This document shows, piece by piece, positions 1-10,544 of a stretch of DNA of 44,219 nt. The position numbers and the translations under genes were made by a program. The notes under the pieces are model-generated. The model was not told the DNA's origin, searched no databases, and saw only the letters and a list, made by a program, of their open reading frames with translations. Position 1 is the stretch's first letter. The number at the start of each line of letters is the position of its first letter. Origin of the DNA: Gammaproteobacteria bacterium (GTDB lineage: Bacteria > Pseudomonadota > Gammaproteobacteria > SZUA-229); assembly GCA_048550535.1 (NCBI GenBank), contig JBLYYN010000086.1:1-44219 (forward strand), written 5' to 3'.

Positions 1-92
1 AAGCAGAGCTTGAAAAGCAGCAAGCCGCTAAGGATGCATTCAACAAAGCCCGTGCAGCCTGCCTGGAAGGGCGTGGTTATTCGGTCAAGTAA
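1..92 (+). CDS. 3' end of a probable glycine-zipper/lipoprotein-type protein (partial)
   Basis: Frame starting at nt 3 reads AELEKQQAAKDAFNKARAACLEGRGYSVK*; the ACLEGRGYSVK ending is typical of glycine-zipper family proteins. Confidence 0.6.
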   Translation, partial: AELEKQQAAKDAFNKARAACLEGRGYSVK

Positions 93-173
93 ATGCTTGA
101 GTCCTATGGTTTGTTTCCCTCTATGCACCAGCAAGTAAGCTTGGTGCTTTTGACCTGGAATGTAGCCTGATTA

Positions 174-1292
174 ATGAAAAATCGCTTTCTGCTGATAATT
201 CTACTGATCTTCATTTCGCCAGGACCATTATGGGCAACTATTGAACAGGATTTACGCGAGCAGGCCGATCGTGCTAATGAAGTCAAGGTGGCAGCGGGTA
301 AACAGGGGACCTGGTTGCCTGTGCCGATACCGGTTTCAAATCCTACGATTGGGTCTGGTTTGCAAGCGGCACTTTTATATTTACATCCCCATGAATCAGA
401 AGATACAACTGTTCCGCATGCTACCAGTGGTATAGTGGGTATGTACACGGATTCAGATAGCTGGCTCGCAGGAGGCTTTCATGACGGTAGCTGGAAAGAG
501 GATTTATATCGCTTTCGTGTTATTGCTGGTACCGGTGAATTCAATCTGGACTTCTATGGAATCGGTGAGGGTTCAAGTTTAAGAGATAACCCGGTTCCCT
601 ATGCATTGAGTTCGGATATTTTGCTTACTCAGTTACTCAGACGCTTTCCAGGTTCAGATAACTGGTATTTTGGAATGCGGTATATGGCAATCAATTCTAA
701 TGTGGTATTTGATTTTAGCACTTCGATTCCTGGTTTACCGCCGATTAGTGATGACATGACCACATCCAGTCTGGGTTTTATGCTTAGCTATGACAGTCGT
801 GATGACAATTATTATCCTACCTCAGGCAGTCATGCTGAGGTAGTCTGGATGCGCGATAGTGAGGCCTGGGGAAGTGACTTTGAGTTCAATAAAGCCAGCT
901 CATACTACAATTACTATTATCCTTTTTCAGCAAAAGACACGCTTGCTCTGCGAGCCACCCTGTCCGATTCGGATGGGGATATCCCTTTTTATCTACTACC
1001 TCATCTTAACCTGAGAGGTTTCCCAACCGGGCGTTACAAAGACAACAGCAGTATCTCCGGTCATGTTGAATGGCGGCGAAAATTTCATCCGCGCTGGGGT
1101 TTTATTGTTTTTTATGAGGCAGGTACTATTGCTGATACGGTGAATACCTTATTTGAATTCGAGACGATTACATCATATGGTGGTGGCTTACGCTGGCAGG
1201 TTTCAAAGGATAATAAACTGCATCTGGGAATTGATGTGGGCTATAGCGATGGAGAGAGTGCCGTATATGTACAGGTGGGAGAAAAATTCTAA
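174..1292 (+). CDS. BamA/TamA (Omp85)-family outer membrane beta-barrel without obvious POTRA domains
   Basis: Signal peptide; YDSRDDNYYPTSG and LRGFPTGRY motifs; YGGGLRW; C-terminal VQVGEKF ending in Phe. Confidence 0.8.
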   Translation: MKNRFLLIILLIFISPGPLWATIEQDLREQADRANEVKVAAGKQGTWLPVPIPVSNPTIGSGLQAALLYLHPHESEDTTVPHATSGIVGMYTDSDSWLAGGFHDGSWKEDLYRFRVIAGTGEFNLDFYGIGEGSSLRDNPVPYALSSDILLTQLLRRFPGSDNWYFGMRYMAINSNVVFDFSTSIPGLPPISDDMTTSSLGFMLSYDSRDDNYYPTSGSHAEVVWMRDSEAWGSDFEFNKASSYYNYYYPFSAKDTLALRATLSDSDGDIPFYLLPHLNLRGFPTGRYKDNSSISGHVEWRRKFHPRWGFIVFYEAGTIADTVNTLFEFETITSYGGGLRWQVSKDNKLHLGIDVGYSDGESAVYVQVGEKF

Positions 1293-1384
1293 CCGTTTCC
1301 CGGTTATTTAAATTAACAGCTAATCCATTTTTTAGCTGACTGGTTTGAGCCTGATTTGGCAATTTGGTGTTGCAAGTTTTTGCA

Positions 1385-1774
1385 TCAGCTAAACATGTCA
1401 GAGCTTGATTTGATTGAGCTTGTTGCAGAATTAACTGAAATAATTGCAAATATAATGAAGATCTCGATTTGCAGAAGCCTAAAGATAATTACTGCATAGT
1501 CCGGGCCGTAGGTAACACGGCCATACGCATGTAATATGAGTGGTATGGCGATTATGATACCGAAAACGTATATAGTCATATAAATGTAACGAATACGATT
1601 ACGGTAATTATATACCGGTGTCAATGTTGCAACAGCGAATATCAGCATGGATAGTATTCTAAATAACTGCATCATGGTGCTGTTGTCAGGTGTAACTAGC
1701 AAACCAAAAATAGTTAACCCCAGAAACAAACCTGAAATAGACCTGAATATGGAAATGGTTTCGTTGAGTGTCAT
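1385..1774 (-). CDS. Hypothetical 4-TM membrane protein
   Basis: 129 aa ORF, about four hydrophobic segments, AT-rich. Confidence 0.55.
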   Translation of the reverse strand: MTLNETISIFRSISGLFLGLTIFGLLVTPDNSTMMQLFRILSMLIFAVATLTPVYNYRNRIRYIYMTIYVFGIIIAIPLILHAYGRVTYGPDYAVIIFRLLQIEIFIIFAIISVNSATSSIKSSSDMFS

Positions 1775-2169
1775 ACCTGCTCTTTGTTATTATATCGTTA
1801 CTCTAAATTATTACCTGACATCCGATGAGTAAGCAGGCACGCTTGCTGTAAGTTCATTTGCGAGATTGTTTCTCAGGATGTACAGATTCACCCAGTTGAT
1901 ATTCCTGCCTGCCGGGGTTTTACTAAACACTGTTGCGCTATTCAGATGGATGATCATCATACTCTAAATCGAGTATAGCCCACCAAAACAAGTTTTTACC
2001 TGGTGTTGGGATTTTGTGGAGTATCAGGCACAAAATATAATAAATGAATTGAAGGATACCGCATTAGCACAAGCAGGCATCGATTACCTTGTCGGTTAAT
2101 GAGCAAACCAGGCCAGGAGCGGTGGAAATAGCCTGCTATGTTTCGGTGATGGAGTGTCAGTTTAACTAA

Positions 2170-2210
2170 AGCAGGTACAATTCCTGAATTTTTCAGAAAT
2201 TGTACCTGCT
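2170..2210 (-). terminator. Long hairpin, likely terminator of the HMA-like gene
   Basis: agcaggtacaatt(c)ctga ... tcag(a)aattgtacctgct, 10 nt downstream of the stop at 2221. Confidence 0.65.
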
Positions 2211-2220
2211 GCCAGGTGAG

Positions 2221-2445
2221 TCAGGCAGAAATAATGTCCGGATGTAAGCCCTGATGGTGCAGTGATTCCATGATTTTTATCGGGGTTGAACGATCCGATT
2301 CATCATATTCTATTACCACATCATGGGGTTGATGATTGCTGACGATGACATCCTTAACATAGGGGATCTTTAATAGTGCTGATTTGACATTATTTAGTCC
2401 TTGGGTATCAAGTGTTTCATCGACATAAACCTGGATTGCATGCAT
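2221..2445 (-). CDS. Small HMA/ferredoxin-like-fold protein (74 aa) lacking CxxC
   Basis: ATG at 2445 with GAGGA RBS upstream; MHAIQVYVDETLD...VKDV...HDVVIEYD...LHHQGLH has an HMA-like pattern. Confidence 0.6.
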   Translation of the reverse strand: MHAIQVYVDETLDTQGLNNVKSALLKIPYVKDVIVSNHQPHDVVIEYDESDRSTPIKIMESLHHQGLHPDIISA

Positions 2446-3061
2446 GGCGGGTCCTCTATTGGGATAGTATATGTTCAATATTTGTATAGGCAAAAGGGCG
2501 CTGCTTAGCAAGCATGAAATGGACTATTTAAACTAATTATTGAATATAAGTAATCACTTAATCTGTGCATGAGTTTCGATTGTTTGTTGAATGCAACTGC
2601 TTACAATGATCAAATCGCTATAAAAAATGTCCTTAAAAACTACTATTTCATAGTTATGGTCATTTTAGCTATTGAGTCACTACTGTCACATTAACTTGTA
2701 AATCTATAGCTGTTTTTAGCGTCTTAAGCATAACGCTATAAATAGATGTATAGATCGTTTTGATTTCAGGATTCTGATTAGCAACATGCTAACCGGTAAT
2801 GATAAAGACGATGGGAGTCCAGTTTGATTTTACTATGCTGGCAACTGATATGACTATTCACTAGATGCTGATGATCTGGCTGCAGTTATTGCTGACTTCA
2901 TTCAGCTGAATATCCAGCGCTGTCTTTGCATAAGGCGAGCTTGCTTAGTTATGATGAATCGCCAATATGGTTTATTTTGCAATCCTGCTGCGATATTAGA
3001 TAACAAAATGGATATTATTTTGACAGTCGTATGAGTAAAAATACGGATAAATTGAATCAGG

Positions 3062-3763
3062 CTAGATGTGCTCTATCGAATTTACAGTAGCAGTAGATCC
3101 TGTGACTTGCCATTTTACATCACAGTCGTATATACGCATTCCATATTCTCTTTCATTGACCTGGTTCTGGTAGGCAGGTCTGGGATCGAGCTGCAGAACC
3201 TGAATTAAGGCCTGCCGAATAGGCTCAGCCTGATCATATTGTGCTAACTGTTCAATGGCCTGTGGTTTGAATTCGACCTTTAATATTGCGTCAGGTGAAG
3301 TTGTGGCATAGGCGCTCTGGGCATCCGGGATGGCATCTACATAGGGCAGGTAAGGCTTTATATCCAGTACAGGTGTTTGATCTAGAAAGTCGCCACCTAC
3401 TATTTCTAATTCAATACATCGGGGAGTTGGTTTTATGGAAATCAACTCAACTACTGACAGGCCGATGGGATTTGGTCGAAACATGGAACGACTGGCAAAT
3501 ATACCGACTCTTTCATTTCCTCCCAGGCGTGGTGGGCGCACAGTGGGTTTCCAGGCTTTATCACTGATTTGATGGAACAGGAAAATAATCCAGATATGTG
3601 AGAAGCTTGCTAGCTCTCTGAATGCTTCTGGCTGGGAGTATTCGGGTTTCATGATAATACTGGCTGGTATCCGGGTCAGGCCTGGCTGTCTGGGTATGCC
3701 GAATTTTTCCTGAAAACAGGAATGGATGGTAGCAATTGGGTGGAGCTTGACTGTGTTTGTCAT
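3062..3763 (-). CDS. tsaA: tRNA (N6-threonylcarbamoyladenosine(37)-N6)-methyltransferase TrmO
   Basis: KFGIPRQPGL, VRPPRLGGNERVGIFASRSMFRPNPIGLS, TPVLDIKPY, DPRPAY motifs. Confidence 0.93.
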   Translation of the reverse strand: MTNTVKLHPIATIHSCFQEKFGIPRQPGLTRIPASIIMKPEYSQPEAFRELASFSHIWIIFLFHQISDKAWKPTVRPPRLGGNERVGIFASRSMFRPNPIGLSVVELISIKPTPRCIELEIVGGDFLDQTPVLDIKPYLPYVDAIPDAQSAYATTSPDAILKVEFKPQAIEQLAQYDQAEPIRQALIQVLQLDPRPAYQNQVNEREYGMRIYDCDVKWQVTGSTATVNSIEHI

Positions 3764-3901
3764 AGGAATAATAGTGACGACTCAATAAAGTGATTTATAA
3801 TGTCATTATTTTACTAAAGACAGTAGTATAAGGTCTATATTTGGGGATTATTTAGATTACTCAGGGAGGAATAGCAAAAATATTATATTTGGGTTTTTAG
3901 T

Positions 3902-5626
3902 ATGTTTAATCATTTCTTGATCAGTGGTTACCATTTTCAAGATCATGAAAATGATCTGCTATTTAAATACCGTGTGCTCAATTCATTTATGGGGATTGCT
4001 ATAATATTTGGCTTCATGATTGGGACGCTGGGTGTTATAGGGATCATGCAGATAGGGATTATTCAGTCTTCTATCTATTATGCTTATGCGTTTTTTAATA
4101 TTTTCCTGATCTGGTATTTGCGCCGCTCGAGACAAAATTATATTACGGCAGCAAGACTACAGGTAACGGTGTCATTGATCACTTTTATTGGTGCACTGGT
4201 TTTTGTATCCAATGACGAATTTAGAATTGTCTGGTTTTATATTGCAGTTTACATTTCTTATATTCTGTTGGGGGTGAGGTCTGGAGTCATTGTTACCGGA
4301 ATTTCCATCTTAAGTATTATCTTATCTCATATTTTTCTGGATTTAAATATAACTGAAACAGCAATCTATACTGCAGTATTCGGTTTGCTGGTTACTAGCT
4401 TGCTGACGCACGCATATACTACACAGATGAGTATCTACGAAAGTAAGCTGAAAGAAAAAAATAGAAGTCTTGAAAAAAATATTTATGAACTGGATGATGC
4501 TTTATCCCAGGCCAATCAGGCCAGCACAATTAAAAGCCTGTTTTTGGCTAATATGAGTCATGAAATAAGAACGCCTATGAATGGTGTTTTAAGTATGGTT
4601 CAGGTTTTGCAAAATACCAATTTAACTGAACAACAAAAATATTATCTAAAGTCCCTGGATCGTTCTGGAAAAAGTTTGCTGGCCTTACTCGACGAATTGT
4701 TAGACCTTTCAAAAATAGAATCAGGCACTCTTGAATTAAATATTAAGTCATTCAGGTTGTGGCAATGGGTGGAAGATATTTTATTGTTTGTTGAGCCGAT
4801 GTTTGAAGAGGGGCCTGTGGCATTGACTGTCGATGTGGATAATGACATGCCTTATAGCCTGATGGGCGACGAGACCCGGCTCAGGCAGGTTGTACTAAAT
4901 TTAGTCAGTAATGCAGCTAAATATACCGAAATGGGTGAGGTAAGATTAAAAGTATATGGACAAAATATTGAGGCAGATGATTTCAGGCTGGTTATAGAAG
5001 TCGAAGATACAGGCGTCGGTATCTCACAGAAAAAGCTTGAAACTATATTTGAGCCATATCAGCAGATTTCCCCTGAAAGAACGGCTAATAAAGGAGTGGG
5101 TCTGGGACTATCAATCTGTAAACGTATCATTGATAAAATGGATGGTGAATTGATGGTACTGTCTGAACCCGGAATTGGCAGTAAATTTATTTTAAATGTG
5201 GCATTACCACTAGGTGACCTGTCTCAACACTATGAGCGGAGGATACAAGGCTCGGTGATTGAAAAGCCGCTGAGTATTCTGGTTGCGGATGATGATCGTA
5301 TTAGCAGGATGGCGGTGAAAGCACTGTTAGCCGCACAGAGGCATAATATTAAGGCTGTGGAGAATGGGAAACAGGCTATTGAGGCATTGCAGATTAGTGA
5401 TTATGATTTATTGATTATGGATATACATATGCCAATTATGGATGGTATTACAGCAACGAAACTCATAAAGCAACAGTCACTCACTGCTGCTCCTATCATA
5501 GCCATGACCGCCAGTGTTATGTCCGATGAACGTGAGATTTATTTTGCAGCAGGCATAGATGCCTTGATCGAAAAACCATTCAATTTTAATCTATTGTGTG
5601 AAATGATCAAACAAACCCTTCATTAA
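3902..5626 (+). CDS. Membrane-bound hybrid sensor histidine kinase (TM-HisKA-HATPase-REC)
   Basis: About six N-terminal TM helices; H-box FLANMSHEIRTPMNG; NLVSNAAKYT, DTGVGI, GVGLGLSI; receiver with DDD, MDIHMP, KP. Confidence 0.92.
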   Translation: MFNHFLISGYHFQDHENDLLFKYRVLNSFMGIAIIFGFMIGTLGVIGIMQIGIIQSSIYYAYAFFNIFLIWYLRRSRQNYITAARLQVTVSLITFIGALVFVSNDEFRIVWFYIAVYISYILLGVRSGVIVTGISILSIILSHIFLDLNITETAIYTAVFGLLVTSLLTHAYTTQMSIYESKLKEKNRSLEKNIYELDDALSQANQASTIKSLFLANMSHEIRTPMNGVLSMVQVLQNTNLTEQQKYYLKSLDRSGKSLLALLDELLDLSKIESGTLELNIKSFRLWQWVEDILLFVEPMFEEGPVALTVDVDNDMPYSLMGDETRLRQVVLNLVSNAAKYTEMGEVRLKVYGQNIEADDFRLVIEVEDTGVGISQKKLETIFEPYQQISPERTANKGVGLGLSICKRIIDKMDGELMVLSEPGIGSKFILNVALPLGDLSQHYERRIQGSVIEKPLSILVADDDRISRMAVKALLAAQRHNIKAVENGKQAIEALQISDYDLLIMDIHMPIMDGITATKLIKQQSLTAAPIIAMTASVMSDEREIYFAAGIDALIEKPFNFNLLCEMIKQTLH

Positions 5627-5889
5627 TAATCAGAGATTGATTGGAATAAATTAAAAATTTCTGTATTAGTAATACTATTTATATACTCATTACGGCCTTA
5701 GTAAAGAATTATTATGTTTTCACCGAAGCAGCCATTAATGCCAGGTTATTAATCCCATGTGCTTATAAATATCCATATATTTTGTAAGATTAGACTGACT
5801 TGCCAGGATATCTAAACTATTACTAAACACCTGGTTTTCATAGGCCGCCAACTGTTGTATTGTTTCTGATCCCAACCGTGAGAATTGAT

Positions 5890-8493
5890 ATGGCCAAGAA
5901 TGCAACACCCGGTACCATTTATTTAAAAGACTATACGCCTCCTAAATACTGGATAGATACAGTGCAGCTTCGTTTCGAATTGGGTGAAACAGAAACCCGA
6001 GTGGTTGCTGAGCTGGCTATCAGGCGTAATCTAACGGTGGGGGCTGATAATAGCCTGATATTACATGGCGAGCAATTGCGCCTGGGGGAGGTATGCATCG
6101 ATGGTCGGCGTCTGCTAGACACTGATTTGAGGCAGGATAGTGAGTCTTTGCTGATACACTCAGTGCCTGAGCAGTTTAGTTTACAGATCGAAACCTTCAT
6201 CAAGCCCCAGGAAAATACCTCACTCGAGGGGCTGTACAAATCCAGCGGCAATTTCTGTACCCAGTGTGAAGCGGAGGGTTTCCGTAAGATAACCTATTAT
6301 CTGGATCGTCCGGATGTAATGGCGCGGTTTACCACCACCATTGTGGCGGACAAAGTCAAATACCCTGTGCTGTTGTCTAATGGCAATCCAGTACAATCCG
6401 GTGATGAGGCAGATGGTCAGCATTGGGTAACCTGGGAAGACCCATTTAAAAAGCCCAGTTATCTGTTTGCCCTGGTGGCCGGTGACCTGTCCTGTGTGGA
6501 AGGCAGCTATCGAACCATGTCCGGTCGTGATGTGGCCTTAAAAATATACGTAGAAAGACATAATCTGGATAAGTGTGATCATGCTATGCGTTCCCTGCAA
6601 AAATCCATGGCCTGGGATGAGCAGATGTATGGCCGTGAATACGACCTTGATATATATATGATCGTGGCCGTTGACGACTTCAATATGGGGGCGATGGAAA
6701 ATAAGGGGTTAAATGTGTTTAATTCCAAGTTCGTTCTGGCCAGGCCGGATACCGCTACCGACGTTGATTATGTGAACATAGAAGGGGTTATCGGCCATGA
6801 GTATTTTCATAACTGGAGCGGTAACCGGGTCACCTGTAGAGACTGGTTCCAGCTGACTCTGAAAGAGGGTCTCACGGTATTTCGCGATCAGCAGTTCACC
6901 GCCGATATGACTTCAGCCACGGTGAAGCGTATTGATGATGTAAACGTACTCCGAACCCGCCAGTTCGCAGAGGATGCCGGACCTATGTCCCATCCGATCC
7001 AGCCGGACTCCTATGTTGAGATCAATAACTTCTACACCGTCACCGTATACAACAAGGGTGCCGAGGTGATCCGTATGATTCATACCATTCTGGGCACTGA
7101 AGGTTTCCGTAAGGGTATGGATCTGTATTTTGATCGTCATGATGGTGAAGCTGCTACTACTGAGGATTTTCTGAGCGCGATGGAAGATGCCAATGACATC
7201 AAGCTGGAACAATTCCGACGTTGGTATCACCAGGCTGGAACACCGACTCTGAAAGTGAAAGGGGAGCATATATTGGATCAGCAGCTGTATCGCCTGCATG
7301 TGAGCCAGTCGTCGGACAAGCCGGATAACCAGCCTTTCCAGATTCCGTTGGCAGTCAGTTTACTGGACGGGCAGGGGCGGGATATTCCAGGCACCAAAAA
7401 ACTGTTACAGGTGACTGAGGCGGAACAGGTGTTTGAATTTAGCGGTATCACCGACAAACCAGTACCCTCGATATTACGTAATTTTTCCGCACCGGTGAAA
7501 CTGGTGGTGGATCTAAAGAACGAAGACCTTGCCTTCCTTATGGCCCATGACAGCGATGATTTCAATCGCTGGAATGCTGCTCAGCAGCTGGCGGTGAATA
7601 TCATCATGGCGCTGATTGATGATCATCGCCAGGGCAAAACTCTGGTGATGCATGAGGCGTTCATCACGGCTTTCAAACAGGTGCTGCTGGATGAGCAACT
7701 GGATAAAGCGTTAGCAGCCAGGGTACTTAGCCTGCCTTCGGAAGATTATCTGGCTGAGTTGATGGAGGTGGTAGATGTGGATGCTATCCATCGGGTGCGT
7801 GAGTTCTGCCGCAAGGAAATCTCTCGCTTGCTGGATAAGGAATTTCAGGCAATTTATCACAGTCAGCAGGTACACAGCTATGAGCTGGATGCAGAGGCCA
7901 TGGGGCAGCGCAGCCTGAAGAATCTGTGTTTATCTTATCTGTTGTGCCAGGGTGATGGGGCGGTCACTCAGATGGCGATGGAACAATATCAGACAGCAGA
8001 TAATATGACCGATCAGATGGCGGCATTGAAGGGTCTGGTCCACAACCAGTGCGACAAGGCAGATACGGCCCTGAGCGATTTTTATAAGCAATGGAAAGAG
8101 GAAGCCCTGGTGGTGGATAAATGGTTTATGGTACAGGCGACTGCCCCACAGGCTAATACTCTTGAAGCTATAAAACAGTTGCTGCAACATGAGGCTTTCG
8201 ATATGCGGGTACCCAACCGTGTGCGGTCGCTGGTGGGTGCTTTCAGTCAGGCTAATCCGATTTGTTTCCATGCCAGCAGCGGTGAAGGCTATAAAATCCT
8301 GGCCGACTGTGTGATTCAGCTAAATAGCCTGAATCCACAAATAGCTGCCCGCTTATTGTTACCCCTGATTCAATGGCGACGTTTTGATAGTCAGCGTCAG
8401 GGATTAATGCAGGACGAGCTGAAACGAATTGCAGCGATTGACAGCCTGGCCAAGGATGTTTATGAAATTGTGAATCGTGGTTTGAACCAGTAA
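5890..8493 (+). CDS. pepN: Aminopeptidase N (M1 family)
   Basis: GAMENKGLN and HEYFH...E zinc motifs; TQCEAEGFR; ATG at 5890 preferred over TTG at 5860. Confidence 0.97.
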   Translation: MAKNATPGTIYLKDYTPPKYWIDTVQLRFELGETETRVVAELAIRRNLTVGADNSLILHGEQLRLGEVCIDGRRLLDTDLRQDSESLLIHSVPEQFSLQIETFIKPQENTSLEGLYKSSGNFCTQCEAEGFRKITYYLDRPDVMARFTTTIVADKVKYPVLLSNGNPVQSGDEADGQHWVTWEDPFKKPSYLFALVAGDLSCVEGSYRTMSGRDVALKIYVERHNLDKCDHAMRSLQKSMAWDEQMYGREYDLDIYMIVAVDDFNMGAMENKGLNVFNSKFVLARPDTATDVDYVNIEGVIGHEYFHNWSGNRVTCRDWFQLTLKEGLTVFRDQQFTADMTSATVKRIDDVNVLRTRQFAEDAGPMSHPIQPDSYVEINNFYTVTVYNKGAEVIRMIHTILGTEGFRKGMDLYFDRHDGEAATTEDFLSAMEDANDIKLEQFRRWYHQAGTPTLKVKGEHILDQQLYRLHVSQSSDKPDNQPFQIPLAVSLLDGQGRDIPGTKKLLQVTEAEQVFEFSGITDKPVPSILRNFSAPVKLVVDLKNEDLAFLMAHDSDDFNRWNAAQQLAVNIIMALIDDHRQGKTLVMHEAFITAFKQVLLDEQLDKALAARVLSLPSEDYLAELMEVVDVDAIHRVREFCRKEISRLLDKEFQAIYHSQQVHSYELDAEAMGQRSLKNLCLSYLLCQGDGAVTQMAMEQYQTADNMTDQMAALKGLVHNQCDKADTALSDFYKQWKEEALVVDKWFMVQATAPQANTLEAIKQLLQHEAFDMRVPNRVRSLVGAFSQANPICFHASSGEGYKILADCVIQLNSLNPQIAARLLLPLIQWRRFDSQRQGLMQDELKRIAAIDSLAKDVYEIVNRGLNQ

Positions 8494-8516
8494 ATCCGCC
8501 TCTAATGTGATGAAAT

Positions 8517-8562
8517 AAACCGGCTTATCTGGTTATGATTTACCAGGATTGGCCGGTTTTTT
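8517..8562 (+). terminator. Rho-independent terminator after pepN
   Basis: aaaccggc..ctggt / accag..gccggtttt stem followed by a T run. Confidence 0.6.
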
Positions 8563-8772
8563 ATACCCGTATCAAAAATTTCTATTTCCTGGGCTATGCA
8601 AGTTTTAGCTCAATCTTTTCTGAATCAATTCTAAAATTATTTTTTAAAATGGGAAATAAGCCCATGTCTTCTGTATAGGCGGTGAATTTTCAGCAAGCTG
8701 AAATTTTTAGTCTAGACTTAAGCTTAATGATTTACTTTAAAGCTACATATTAAAGGAATAATTACACAACGC

Positions 8773-10500
8773 ATGGCTTACTCTAAAATCGTTAATGCAT
8801 GGTCAACACTTCAAGAGCACAATGATCCTCTTGTGTTGATTGCTGATGATGATCCATCTATACGTCTTCTGTTGCGCCATGCAATGGAAAAAGACGGTTA
8901 TAAAGTTGTTGAAGTGGTAAATGGTGCGGAGGCGGTTAAGGCCACTGAGAAATACCATCCCAGCCTGATTTTAATGGATGCGGTTATGCCGGTGCTGGAT
9001 GGTTTTAATGCCACTTCCACTCTGATGGAGATAGAAGAATACAGTGACATTCCCGTGTTGATGATTACTGCCCTGGATGATGACCGTTCCGTAGCCAAAG
9101 CATTTATTTCTGGAGCCCTGGATTATATTACCAAACCGGTAAACTGGTCGGTGCTGAAACACAGGGTCCGACGAATGTTACACGCTGCAGAAGCAGAACG
9201 TCAGATCCGTCACCTGGCCTACCTTGACTCGCTGACCGGCTTACCCAACCGATTGTTGTTTATGGACAGGCTGGATCAGGCTATTAGCCGCGCAATCCGG
9301 CAAAAAAGTATCTTTGCACTTTTATTCATCGATATTGATCATTTCAAGGTGATTAATGATTCCATGGGGCATCATGCTGGTGATCAGCTATTAACCACTG
9401 TTACCTCACGTCTGCAACAGAGTGTGCGTCAGTCGGATACCATTGCGCGTTTAGGCGGAGATGAATTTACCGTAATCGTAGAAAACATCAACCAGCCGGA
9501 AGATGTGCTGGTGGTGACCAAAACCATCCTGAGTACGCTCAATGAACCGGTTATGATTGATAATCGTGAGGTGTTTATCAGCGCCAGTATCGGGGTTTCC
9601 GTGTATCCCGACGATGGAGATGATCTGGGTAGCCTGTTAAAGAATGCAGAAACGGCTATGTACAAGGCCAAAGATCACGGTCGTAATAATTTACAGTTCT
9701 ATCGGTCTGAGATGAGTGATGCTGCAATGCGGCGCCTGGATATGGAAAACAGTCTGCGCAATGCCATCGAAAGGGATGAGTTACTGGTGTTCTATCAGCC
9801 AAAATTTAATCTATTAACAGGTAAATGTCTGGGTATGGAGGCACTGGTACGCTGGGACCACCCGGACAGGGGACTGGTGCTACCTGATGAGTTTATCCCC
9901 CTGGCCGAGGAAACCGGGATGATTTTACAGCTTGATGACTGGGTAATACGCACCGCCTGCAAGCAGTTGAGTGTATGGAAAAAAGCCGGTTATGAAGTCA
10001 ATAATCTGGCCATCAATGTTTCAGCACGACAGTTCAAAGAGCACCGACTGGTCGGGGTGATCAATAAAGTACTGGAAGAAACCGGTGTTCAGGGGCACGA
10101 GCTGGAAATCGAGTTGACTGAAAGCACTCTGGTTGACAATAATGAAAACGCCAGGGAAATGCTCAATGAGTTGCATGAGATGGGACTGCGTATCGCGCTG
10201 GATGATTTTGGAACCGGCTATGCATCTATGTCTTATCTTAAAGACTTTCCCATTGATACGGTTAAAATCGACCGCTCGTTTGTCTGGGGAATTCCCAATG
10301 ACAAGGAAGATATGGCTATAGTTAAAGCGATTGTAGGGCTTGCCGATGCTCTTGATTTATCCCTCATTGCAGAAGGGGTGGAAACAGAACAACAGATCGA
10401 ATTTTTGAATAGTATTGGCTGCAAGTCTGCCCAGGGTTATTACTGGAGCAAGCCAGTATCTGCTTTGATGTATGAGCAGGATATTTTGCAGGCGGTATAA
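8773..10500 (+). CDS. Response regulator with diguanylate cyclase and phosphodiesterase domains (REC-GGDEF-EAL)
   Basis: REC (DDD, D, KP); intact RLGGDEF with RxxD I-site (RQSD); EALVRW and DDFGTGY motifs. Confidence 0.95.
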   Translation: MAYSKIVNAWSTLQEHNDPLVLIADDDPSIRLLLRHAMEKDGYKVVEVVNGAEAVKATEKYHPSLILMDAVMPVLDGFNATSTLMEIEEYSDIPVLMITALDDDRSVAKAFISGALDYITKPVNWSVLKHRVRRMLHAAEAERQIRHLAYLDSLTGLPNRLLFMDRLDQAISRAIRQKSIFALLFIDIDHFKVINDSMGHHAGDQLLTTVTSRLQQSVRQSDTIARLGGDEFTVIVENINQPEDVLVVTKTILSTLNEPVMIDNREVFISASIGVSVYPDDGDDLGSLLKNAETAMYKAKDHGRNNLQFYRSEMSDAAMRRLDMENSLRNAIERDELLVFYQPKFNLLTGKCLGMEALVRWDHPDRGLVLPDEFIPLAEETGMILQLDDWVIRTACKQLSVWKKAGYEVNNLAINVSARQFKEHRLVGVINKVLEETGVQGHELEIELTESTLVDNNENAREMLNELHEMGLRIALDDFGTGYASMSYLKDFPIDTVKIDRSFVWGIPNDKEDMAIVKAIVGLADALDLSLIAEGVETEQQIEFLNSIGCKSAQGYYWSKPVSALMYEQDILQAV

Positions 10501-10510
10501 GATTAAAAGG

Positions 10511-10544
10511 CTATATCCGGTACAGGGGGCTGTGCCGGATATAG
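10511..10544 (+). terminator. Strong hairpin downstream of the REC-GGDEF-EAL gene
   Basis: ctatatccggtacag-gggg-ctgtgccggatatag, 15-bp stem with one G-T pair. Confidence 0.65.

Noticed and set aside
1855-1960. 35-codon minus-strand ORF and weak hairpins at about 1978-2036
   Set aside because: Too short and unsupported; no RBS or second copy seen.
2488-2505. Sigma54 -24/-12 site upstream of the HMA-like gene (minus strand cagcgcccttttgc)
   Set aside because: It lacks the invariant GG at -24.
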